Assembly (NCBI RefSeq): GCF_009834535.1
Contig: NC_045697.1
Span: 11,720,001 to 11,784,000, forward strand
From: Camelus ferus
Lineage: Eukaryota
Direction: 5' to 3'
DNA length: 64,000 nt
Shown here piece by piece: positions 50,923-62,266 of this stretch. A model generated the notes under the pieces. It worked only from the letters and a program-made list of their open reading frames with translations, was not told the DNA's origin and did not search any database. Within the stretch, counting starts at the first letter, position 1, and each line of letters begins with the position of its first letter. A program made the translations under genes and the position numbers.

Positions 50923-51574
50923 GACCCATACTAAGATCAGGACCGCATAAATAAAGAGAAAGTATCGCCCAGTGGCTCTCTTGGTTTGAAATATCTAAAT
51001 TTCTGAGCTTTATGTAAGTAATATTTCTTTTATACACTTCCATTCATCACAACCCAATTAGGGTTTCTTATCAGCATGATGTAATTTCTAATAAAAATTA
51101 AAAATTGGATACTCCAGTCAGCGAATGATAATAGTAATTACCATTTCTCGAGTGATTGTTATATGCCTAGAATGGCAGTAAAGGGTGATGTTTGAGAACA
51201 CAGGGTCTGGAGCCAGATGGCCTGGTTTTGAAAATTGATTCTGATTATATAAACTCTCTGTTTCCTTCTCTGTAAAATGATAGTACCTACTTCATGACTG
51301 TAACAAGGATTAAATTATTTGATACTTATAAAGAGTCTGGCACATAAGTGCTTAATTCATATCAGCTATTTTTGTGTTTTACCTACATTATTCCATTAAT
51401 CCCCTCAATAACTCTCCACAGCAGACGTTATCATTCCCAATTTGCAGATGGGGACACACAGTCAATGAGGGTGACAGTAAATAAATAATCCAGTGTCAAA
51501 ATGATAGTAGGCACTACAGCCAGGAATCAAATCCAGGTTTTTCTAAATCCAAAGTCCTGAACTAAAACAAGTTG

Positions 51575-53890
51575 ACAACATATGAAATTATAGTTTTCTT
51601 GGACATCAGGCAGCACAGAACAGTAATCCATGAAAAAGTGTAAATAAATAGGGTAAGCCCTATAATTGCCCCAGATTCCCCCTAGGAGAGAGTTTCCAGG
51701 CTGCAGTGCAGGGAGGGGAAAGCTACAAGAAGCCTGCCAGTAATTCTGATTTGAGTTGATAAATCCAGGAGTCCAGGGAGGCCAAGGTAGCTGGAGTTTG
51801 CAGGTCAGAGTTCCAGAAAGGAGAGAGCTTCACACACACAAAGAGAGAGAGAAACGGAAAGATGGAGAGAGAGAGGGTTCTGCAGACCTGCACAAGGTCC
51901 CCATGAACTCTTCAGCTGAGAACTGATGATTTTGAGGAAACTACCTGAGACTAGGAGGGGGAATAAATGTTCTAAAGGAGCAGAGGGATCATCACCAGGA
52001 CCCAGAAAGAGCCAAGGACAGATTGCTTCCACAGTCTTGCCCTTCATGGGGCATCACTAGAGTGGTTAGAAAGGCAACTGCCTCAGCAGTCAGACCTAAA
52101 TTCTCCTCTCATCCTGCCTAACAAAGTTTACATAGACTCTTTGAAAAGCTCAAACTGTTTCCACATAACTTAGCTGCATCCCAGAGCAAAGCTCAAGAAT
52201 GTTTACAGAAATACAAAAATATCTAGCACCTCAAAAGGTAAAATCACAATGTCTGGCACCCAATCAAAAGTTGCCTGGCATGAATGGATTATAGACCTAA
52301 ATGCAACCTAGAAGACCTTGGGTATGGTGATGCCTTTTCAGATACAATACCAAAACACTATCCACAAAACAAATAACTGATAGCCAGACTTCATTAAAAT
52401 GAAAAACTTCTGCTCTGTGAAATAAAATATCAAGTGAATTAGAAGAAAAGCCACAAATAGGAGAAGATATTTGCAAAAGACACATCTGATGAAGGACTGT
52501 TAACCAAAATATGCCAAGAACTCTTAATGATAAAACAAATAACTAAAAAATGGGCCAAAGACTTCAACAGACACCTCATCAAAGAAGATATACAGGTGGC
52601 AAGTAAGCATATGAAAAGCTGCTCTACATCATATGTCACCAGGGAAATGAAAATTAAGACAACAATGAGATACCACTACACACCTATTAGAATGGCCAAA
52701 ATCTGGAACACTGACAACACCAAACGATGGTGAGGATGCGGAACAGCAGGAACTCTCATTCATTGCTGGTGAGAGTGGAAAATGGTACAGCCACATTGGA
52801 AGACAGTTTAGTAGTCACCAACAAAACTAACATACTCTTAACCATGTGATCTAGGAATCACACTCCTTAGTATTTACCCAAAGGAGTAGAAAACTTATGT
52901 CTACACAAAATCCTGCACATGGATGTTTCTGCTGCTTTATTCATAATCACCAAACCTTGGAAGCAACAAAGATGTCCTTCAGTAGGTGAATGGATAAATA
53001 AACTGTGGTACATCCAGACAATGGAATATTATTCAGCATTAAAGTAATTAAAGTAATGAGCTAATAAGACATGAAGGAATCCTAAATGCATATTATTAAG
53101 TGAAAAGAAAGCCAATCTGAGAGGGCTACAAACTGTATGATTCCAACTATATCACATTCTGGAAAAGGCAAAACTATGGAGGTACAATTAAAAGGTCAGT
53201 GCTTGTCCAGGGGAGAAGCAGGGAAAGGGAAGAGGTGAATAGGCAGAGCACAGAGGAATTCTAGGGCAGTGAAAATATTCTGTCATATTATAATGGTAGA
53301 TATGTCATTATACATTTGTCCAAACCCATGGAATGTACACCAAGAGTGAACCCTTAGGTAAACTATGGACTTTGAGTGATGATGATTGTCAGTGTAGGTT
53401 CATCCTTGATAAAAATAAATAAATAAATAAATAAATGTACCATTCTGGTGAGTGATGTTGATAATGAGGAGGTGAGGCTATGCATGTGGTAGGGGCAGGG
53501 GTATACAAGAAGTCTCTGTATCTTTCTCCCAATTTTATTGTAAAACTAAACTGCTCTGAAAAATTACATCTTTATGAAAAAAAGTTACTAGGCATGCAGA
53601 GAAACAGAAATGTACAACCCATAATGAGGAGAAAAAAATCGATCAATAGGGACAGACCCAGAAACGACACAGATGAGAGAATTAATAGATAAGGATACTA
53701 AAATCTTAAAAGCAGCCAGAGGGGAAAAAAACACACATCAAATACAAAAGAACAAAGATAATTAGAGCAGACTTCTCACTGGAAACAACGCAAGTGAGGC
53801 AACATCTCTAAGACATTAAAAGAAAAAAGTATCAACCTAGAATTCTATACTTAGCAAACATATCTTTCAAAGTTTAAACTGAAATAAAAC
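51575..53890 (+). mobile_element. Old L1M 5'UTR/ORF1 remnant interrupted by a younger L1
   Basis: 'ggacatcaggcagcacagaacag', 'aaaatcacaatgtctggca'; resumes 'acccataatgaggag...aaaatcttaaaagcagccagag...atcaacctagaattctata'. Confidence 0.75.
52285..53579 (+). mobile_element. L1MC1-like 5'-truncated L1 (ORF2 C-terminus + 3'UTR)
   Basis: KKWAKDFNRHLIKEDIQVASKHMKSCSTS..REMKIKTTMRYHYTPIRMAKI; degenerate TSD at 52266-52284 / 53580-53598. Confidence 0.88.
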
Positions 53891-54304
53891 CTTCCAACTG
53901 TGGGCTCATTGCCTCCAAGTTAGTAAACGTCCAACAGTTTTTCTGAACCACTTGTATGTGCATGTTACAATGTTCTTAGACCCTTGGTTAGAAACCATTG
54001 ACCTCCTCATGTTTAAGGTCTCAGAAAAGTGGAGGCAAGTTTATCACATAGGTCCCACTTGAGGGAATCACACCATGATCTGCAGGCCTGATACTTCTGG
54101 CCTGAACTCCACATAGACCCTTCCTTGATAGCAGGACATGTGGGAAGGCAGTAAACTGTTAGAAAATTCCTGGCTGGGAAAATATGTTAATAGGCTGCAT
54201 GTACAGGTTATATATACTAGAGAATCTGTTTTCACTACAAATCCATCATGTAATGATTAAGTGAAAAAAATAATTAGTAGCTATAATTTATCAAGCTCAT
54301 ACTA

Positions 54305-54975
54305 TTGTATTTCTTGAATCTAACATGGCATTATTGTAAAACGTGCCTTGTTTTGTACCCTTTAACATATGCAACACTAAAAAAGAAAAGAACACTGCCC
54401 GTTCAACAGTATAGTGCTTACTTCTCATTCCTAATTTTATCTGAACGTACTTTTTAGACTCATCTTAACATGGACTCTTACATCACTCTTGTACAAACAC
54501 AGAAAGGAATACATACACAAGATAAACTGCCTAAGGTGTTTACATTCAGTGTTTAACTCTTCTAATTCTTTTTTGACTCAGAATAGGAATGTCCATTTTT
54601 TCCTTCACATGTAGTATCATCCTCTGTGCTGTCAAGTGCATTGATGATACAGCATTTCTTTAAAGAGTGGTGGGTGTGCTTTTGTCTCTGGGGCTATTCT
54701 TCCAAACCACTGACACCCACTCTGCAAGTTTTGGTGCTGCAATGATGAAACATCTTTTATCAAAGGAAGGTATTCAAATGGCAACCAGGACTTACGTTCG
54801 CTCTTTGAATGCTCCTAGAATAACAGCCAAGTCCATAGCTTTATAAGCAATGACAACTACAATGCAACAGCCATCTGGCCGAGATCTTCTGTAATATTCC
54901 ATTGATTGTGGGGTATATCCCAATTTCGGAGAAGTTAAAATACGAAAGAGAATTCTGAGGGCTAATGAAATAGAG
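54305..54975 (-). mobile_element. Kanga1-like TcMar-Tc2 transposon, internally deleted, both ends present
   Basis: Minus-strand transposase C-terminal remnant PKLAEWVSVVW...HSLKKCCIINALDSTEDD; MER104-type termini 'gtatttcttgaatctaa' and 'cccaatttcggagaagttaaaat...atgaaata'. Confidence 0.8.
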
Positions 54976-56809
54976 TGGGTTCCAGGTACATTCATTCATC
55001 ACTTCAGTTGATACTTATTACACTGCTGTGGTATAACAGACACTAAATGAGGCATTGAATTACAGCAAAAAATAAATTGTAGACTGTCCCTGGAGGCAAG
55101 AAACAGCCGTCTCTTTTAACTCCCACAACAACCCTGTGAAGTTGGTGTAAATATACTCATTTCACTGGTCAGGAAACTAGTGGTGGAGCTTGGATAGAAA
55201 ACGAGGTCCTCCTACATCTACATGCATTCCACTAAAAAAATTTAAGATAATATAATACAAAACTGACCTAAACAGAGATTTAGCCATTTCTGCATAAAGG
55301 TTTTCAGCGGATCTTTGAAAAAAGAATTGAAAATAAATATCAAAAGTCCACTCTATCATAATTATTGTATAAAGTTATGCTTACACTGGCAGTGTTCAGC
55401 GCTTGTTTCAGAGGACGGGGGTGGAAATTCTCAACTAAACCATTTTAAAGTCACCAGAGAACATCTTGGATGTTACTGCAGGTAGGAGAGATAATTTGTA
55501 TGGCTGTGGAACAGAGTAGCAATTAAGACCACAGACTCCACAGCTAGGCTGCCTGGGCCAAGATCTTGGCTGTTATACCTACAGATGTGTGACCTTGGGC
55601 AGGTTATCTTCATACCACAGTTTCCTCCTCTGTAAAATGGAAGTGTGAACAATCGTATTTCCCTCATAAGCTGTAGGAAAGGTTACATGAATTAATATGT
55701 ATAAAGCATTCAGAACAATATATTGCATATACTCAGCATAATATAAGCAATAGCCAAAAATATTATTAGACCCAGATTGGCATAATATTATACCTAAGCT
55801 GATGTCCCATCCCACCAAGATCCTGGTGCTCAGAAAGAGTGATGGGATAAGGCAGTAAGTGAATGAATAGAAGTTGCTGTCACAAGAGGGATTTCTGGGT
55901 AAGCAGCAGCACATTCCCCAAGCACTGCCCAGACAGACACTATGACCACCGCCTGGTGTGCGCATCAGCAGGTGAGTACTTGAACCACGAGATCTAAAGG
56001 AAACTCAGAAATCATTTTGTCACTCACATAAAATCCAGATCAGATTTTTAAATATCTTGCTTCTAGAAGCCCAACTCTGAGTTCACTTAACCTTGAGTGA
56101 ATATTTTAAACATTATTTCTAGAGTGCCTCAGATTTCTTTGAAGTGGTAGCAGAGGAATAACTTTGAATTAATACTGAACAAGTAGAATGGAACTGCTTA
56201 AGATCAATACGCACTTTTGTCCCTTACTTTATAATTAATGGAGCGTCCACTTTCCTTTGGCAACTACAGCTTACTATGGGGTGGGGGCAACCCCACAGGA
56301 TGGAGAGGGGAGAAGCTGGTGAAATATACCACTTACATATTCAGTATTTTAGAGTCTCCTCGTTTTCTTGAGGCTTCGTTTGAGAGCTTCTGTCGCTGCT
56401 CCGTGTTTACTCACGTTGCTGAGAACAGTGACTGAAGCATCATGAGTTTGTTTTGCAGTGAATTGAGATATGCATGTTACAGTTTTTAAAGATGTTTAAA
56501 GAAGAAACCTTTTGGCTGCTGTCAGGGCAGGAAGGAAGGAGGCAGCGCTCTTTGGAGCCGCCCTGAGGAGCTGGCAGACAGAGGGCCAAGGGGAACAAAT
56601 GCTGTAAACCGAAAGAGCAGAGGACGGAAAACAAAATTTGCTGCTGGAGCGCCAAGGGTGCCGTCAGAAGACCTGCGTCCTGATCTGGAACTTGGGTATT
56701 CACAGTTGGTTTTGCCCACCAGGCAGTCATCCTTTATTTCCCCTTGAGGAGTCCCCCGTCTCTCATTCCCAGCTTGTGGATTTCCAGTGGGACAGATCAC
56801 TCCCGTCCC

Positions 56810-59140
56810 TAAATGACCATGTACTCTTTCCTTCCAACGAGGGCATTTTGAGAGTAAATTTTTTAAAGTGATAATTGTATAATCTTTGAACTATTTATTT
56901 ACTGACCAATTGGTTTTATTAAATTGGTGAACCTATAAAATCATTCTATTCAAAATCTGTCTTCAAAAGTAAATTTTTTTCTAAAAGAAGTAGTAATTGG
57001 TGACCATTTAGAGCCAAATGGGAGGAAATTTTCTTTATGTTGATTTTCTGAACATTAAAAATAACAAACAGAATAATTACTCTTCACATATCGAGTACTT
57101 CAATCAATACCTTACCCATAGCTCTCTCCAGTAAAATGTCAAAGTTATTTTCTAAAGAATTAATGGCTTTATCATTTTTAATGATTTCATAAAATTGCTT
57201 GCCCTAATTTTCCAAATTGCATTATATGTTTAATAAATTTGAAATTGTTGAAAGCTTCAGTTGATACTTGTCTGTAGATTCAAACATTTCTAATATCTGA
57301 TTATGAATGAGTAGCTAAGAAACAAGGCATGTCTTGACATGCTGAGGGTTTTTTTAATCTGACACTAGCTTAATTACAAAAAATTGTGTAGTTCGGTTAC
57401 TCAAACTGTATATGTACAAAAAATGTATAAAATTTAAAACTCTATTTTAATTAGTAGAATGTCATGACTTATCTGAATGTAATTTTGAATTATATGTACA
57501 ATACAACCAATTCCAAGTAAAAAGAATTGCTCCATAGGTTTCAAAATTTAGTAAAGATATCACTCTACCTTGATATTGTATTGCACCAAAAATTGTATTT
57601 GTCTTACTACATTAAGACAAATAATTTTACCTTTTTTTAACATTTTTTATTGATTTATAATCATTTTACAATGTTGTGTCAAATTCCAGTGTTCAGCACA
57701 ATTTTTCAGTTATTCATGGACATATACACACTCATTGTCACATTTTTTTCTCTGTGAGTTATCATAACATTTTGTGTATAAATTGTAGAATAGACTACAC
57801 TGTATAGCACAGGGAAATATACACAAAATTTTACCTTTAATGTTGAACTTTTGAACTTAACTTATAGGAGTCACCATATGTCAGATGATTCACTTTCAAT
57901 AGAATGAATTTCCAAATTTATTTAGTTTCCAATAATTGGGTGAAAAATTCAAACCATTATAGAAATTAACTAATTTTCTAGTTGAAGCATGATTTCATGA
58001 AGAACATGAATATAAAGTTAGCACCATTTAACTCTTTCCAAAGTTCTTCTTAATGGAGTCAACCCATTAACAGTTGCCATATTACTTTGTCTATTGCACA
58101 GGAAAATCTGGTACAGAAAGTAAGCAAATTTCATTCAGAAGAGCAGTCACTTTATCCAAACAGAGTCATGCATCACAGAGTGACATGCAAACACACCTAT
58201 TGCCACAGCACACATTAATTCACCCTTATCAGCCACAGCATTACTAAAACAACTACCAACACTTGCAATAGATTCCGATACTCCAATCCGTTTGTGCCTC
58301 TGGTCTTTGTGTGGTCGGGGAACTACTATGGCCCCCATTGACAGTGGATGATAAATGTCAACAAATTTCTTGTACAAGTTAATCTTCATCATCAACTTTC
58401 TTGAGAAATGAAAATCCATTCTCTAATTTTTCATTAAACATTCCCTTTTTTAAGCTTATTGCTGTTAAATGAATGAAAATATGATTATAAAATAGAAAAC
58501 AATGAAATAAATAGTTGCGGCTTCCACCACACAACAACTGACCAAACCCTGGTAGTAAAGTCATGCACACTATACTACACATGCTATACACACACTTCCT
58601 CCACCTACTTCACGTACACTTGACCTGCAGTTTCTCATTGACCCCGCCAGCTTCAGGCCTGGCACAAGCCACAGTCCTTCTCTCTGGTACCTACAAACCG
58701 CTGACCAGCAGGGACGGCAGCATGAGAATCTTACCCTACTACCACCCAAGACCAAAAGAGTTAGCAAGCCCTAGCTGCTCCTCTCCAAGCATCCTGTTTG
58801 CTGTCCTTGAGAAGGTGTTAGTTACTTTGTGTCAAAAAAGGCTCAGGACTAGGGGATCATCATGACGGTGCCTTTCAGATTTAGCTGTGGGCTAAAGTCA
58901 AAAGTCTGATCACTATATTTGCTTCTTTCATATAACTGCAGCAGTTCATAGTAAAAGTCAGAAATGCAAAGTGTAAGTCTACCAAACCCACTGTTGTTTA
59001 TTTTAATGTCACTGTTAATAGTATTTTATTAAAAATAAAGAAACAAGGGTTAATGCCAAACCACTTAGGAAAGCCAACAGGTACACACTTGGGGACTGTC
59101 TCATGCAAACCAGAACACACGGTGGTGGTCACAGCTCCTA
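56810..59140 (-). mobile_element. hAT-Blackjack autonomous-type transposon fossil (decayed transposase on the minus strand)
   Basis: Frame-shifted minus-strand peptides FLKKVDDED, GVFACHSVMHD, FSCA, EELWKELNGANFI, FHPIIG, LEIHSIESESSD, KFNIKGK, LGIGCIVHIIQNYIQ, VTELHNF; Blackjack/MER94-type ends at 56810 and ~59070-59140. Confidence 0.8.
57635..57826 (-). mobile_element. Young camelid-type L1 3' end with 5' inversion
   Basis: Perfect TSD aattttaccttt at 57623-57634 / 57827-57838; minus-sense 3'UTR with AATAAA at 57635-57780; plus-sense inverted piece at 57781-57826. Confidence 0.88.
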
Positions 59141-59144
59141 GCCT

Positions 59145-59640
59145 GGCTATAGGAGCACTGCCACCCCTGGGCCTCAGTGATTGGTTCCAAGTTGAACACA
59201 TGACTCTTGTTGAGCCAATGAGAATCAGTGGTAAAGCATGTGCTTAGCATGCATGAGGTCCTGGATTCAATCCCCAGTAACTCCATTAAAAATAAATAAA
59301 TAAACAAATAAAAAATAAACATCTAATTGTTTCCCCTCATAAAGAAAAAAAGAGAGAGAGAGAAAGAGAGAGAGAATCAGCTCCAAAAGTTTTGCTGGAA
59401 GAGCTGCTTTCTTTCCACGAGGATTGCTAAGCTGGATCTGGCAGTCATCTTGTCACCAGTGGAATAGCCTGCCTGAGAACAGAGCCAACACAGAGAGCGG
59501 CAGAGCCAGCAGATTCCTGATGGCATCAGTTGAGCACCAGGATTCACCTCTGTCCAGAGTAGACAAGACTGGGTCCTTGCTTTCATGAAGCTGAATTATA
59601 TCCTTAGGAAAACAAGTCAAAGCAGAAGGCCATTTACAAC
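59145..59640 (+). mobile_element. Old MaLR LTR (MLT1K/L-like) split by a SINE
   Basis: 'cagtgattggttc...catgactc...gccaatgagaatcag' continuing as 'ttttgctggaa...gcctgcctgagaacagagccaacacagag'. Confidence 0.7.
59229..59371 (+). mobile_element. 5'-truncated tRNA-Ala-like camelid-type SINE with exact 9-bp TSD
   Basis: 'tggtaaagcatgtgcttagcatgcatgaggtcctggattcaatccccagtaactcca' plus A-rich tail; TSD gagaatcag at 59220-59228 / 59372-59380. Confidence 0.85.
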
Positions 59641-60998
59641 TTGACTAAGTTGATTGTTTTGCCTGAAAGTCCCTGGCTATTTTATGATAAAATAATAACA
59701 CAGGTGAGGTATTTAGTGGCATCAGAGAACACCGTGAGCTGCCATGGTGGGCAAAGGCTGGTTGGAGAAAGTAAAACCTCTACCAGATTTTGAAGAGTGA
59801 GAAGCAAGAGGAGAGGAGAGAGAACAGCCTGAGCAAAGTTCAAGGCAGAAACGAACAGTGGCGTTTGTGAAGCCATCTTCCTGTTCACATAGTTCCTATT
59901 CATCAAGCAGCTGTAACTCAAGGCCCACGTTAAAGGCTTGAACCATTGAAAGAGCCAAAGAGATGATCAGCAGGTCAACAAATACCAAATATCTACCTAG
60001 CACCCGCTAAACCCAAGCAGTTCTACTGGTGCCATGAAGGAAAGCAAAGGAGAATGAGACAAGGTCCTTAGTGTTCAAAGAACTTGAAGAATGATTGAGC
60101 CAATCTATGAGTGTTCAAAAATTAATACAAAATCATGTAATACTTTGCATATCCAAAAATAAATAGGTGTACTTCTATAAGGGGTGCAATTTATCCATTC
60201 TGCCCTCTCAGAATCTTGAATATAGATGGTAGTCAGACCACTCCCATTCCCATCCTTTCCATTAGACATCCTTGCATGGCTCTTTTGTAATATATACATT
60301 GTGAAGAACAATGAAGACAGTAATTGAGCAAAAGTCAAATCACTAATAGAATGATAATTACATTGAATTTACAATGTAGTTTTCTTGAGCTTATTTATAT
60401 ATAACCAAAATGACTAAAATAGAAAGATTTGACTATGGTGCAATTCTGGCTTTAACTATAATTCTCCTTTTTAGGAAACTATTTCTTTAGGGAAAGGAAT
60501 GTCCTTGTCCTGATTTGATTGCTTGTGTCCCTCGTCCCACATTTTTCAAGGACATTCCTTTAATTCCCAGGTTTACTCATATGTCAGGCTACACTGGAAG
60601 GATGGCTACGCTGTACCACATGCACCAGCTCATTGAGGGGCTCTCTCTGTTTCTCTCTCTGCCGTTGCTCACAGGCTTCACCATCAGCTGTTATTATACC
60701 TAATTTGACACCACATAGATCCATGCAGTGGTGGAACTTAAGGAGGCTCCCATTCATCCAATTATACTCTGCAAAATTTCCTGTTGCAGCAGCCTCTTTC
60801 TCCCAGTTGTGATGTCAAAGATTGGACCAATAATGGATTTTGGTTTTAAAAAAATTCTAAACCTTTCCCCAAATCTCAAAAGTCTTCCACTATTTTGGAG
60901 TGAAAAAACCCAAACTGTTATTATTTGCTAAGTTATGCCACCAAATATTTCCTACCATTTACAAGTGTTAGAGCTTTGTTCTCTAACAATTTATTGCA

Positions 60999-61045
60999 CA
61001 CTTATTAGGGTGATATTGGCACTTGTTAGGGTGATATTGGCACTT
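60999..61045. repeat. 21-bp tandem duplication cactt(a/g)ttagggtgatattgg x2
   Basis: Directly visible, one mismatch. Confidence 0.9.
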
Positions 61046-61876
61046 CCAACAGTAAGTACAACTTAAATGGTACAAACAATAAATGCCATAGAAGTACACA
61101 AAAAAAAAAAAAAAAGAAGAAGAAGAAGAAAAAATCTGACCTCAGCAAGTAGGTCACATAGAGAGATCGTTACGAAGTGTTCTATGTGCTGTGCAAAGAG
61201 CTACGGGAAAGACCAATCAGCACCGGGTGAGTCTAAACTAAAAAATAGGTCATCTGAATGTGGGGGCCCTGCAAGAGGGTCTCAAACAACCAAAGACAAT
61301 TATGATGACTTCTAGGTCCCAACACATGGTGACCCTAGCAGGTCATGGGACTGTGGTGTCGCAGATGGAGCCCTTCCAGAACCTGGTGCCTCATCCCCTC
61401 TCTGACACAGGTTTACTATTTATTTTCTGCTCAGATTCACCCCTACCTCTGATGTCCCCCAAACTGTGATGCTGGCAGATCTCATTAGCTGTTTCAGGAA
61501 CAGGCTTTGGGATACAAGTAGTCCCAGCCAGGGTTCTCGTTGACGAACTCAGTAGAGCGTAAGAATAAGCGAAGTCTTGTAGAGCCGCAGGTGGTCGGTC
61601 ACTTAGCCATGACCTTGGTGTTCTTTCACCTGATACTGAGCCGGGGGGAGAACTGGTCAAGGCTGGCATTTTCTCAGCCCAGGGCCAGCAAAGGATGAAA
61701 ACATAAGGGAGAAATGAGCATCCAGGCCATAAGTCTAAACTCTCCTCTCAGTTGAACCAAAGGCAGTATTTCTTCCCTGCAGGATTTCTCCAGGTCTTTA
61801 TTAAAATGCCTTTGTCTATTGGGAATGTCCAGGAAAGAAGTACATTATGCAATATTTTCTAATCTCTTATGACTAC

Positions 61877-62266
61877 TGTGAGAGATTACAAAATTATTTG
61901 CCATGTTTCCAGTTCTCCTCCCTGAAGGAGGAATATACATTGCTACATTGATGCACTAAGAGTGTCCATAGGCTTAACTTTGCCCATGAAATGTGGAAGA
62001 AAGTTATACGTATTACTGCCTGTAGTCACATCGGGGCAGAGGACTTAAAAGCCAGCTCATGGTTTCTCTTGTCTCTTCCCTCTACCAAGACAGTCATCAA
62101 TATTCCGGAAACAGGCTGTTCTAGTGCCTGGGTCCTGGAGATGAGATGACACAGACTAAACCTTCAACCATTCCATTCGGACATGTAGGACAGGCAAGAA
62201 ATAATCAGTCATTGCAATTTAAGCCCCTGAAGTTCTATACTCATTTGTTATCAAGGCATAACTAGC
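61877..62266 (+). mobile_element. MLT1I/J-like LTR
   Basis: 'tttgcccatgaaatgtgg', 'cctgggtcctggag', 'ttaagcccctga...tttgttatcaaggcataactagcc'. Confidence 0.7.
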
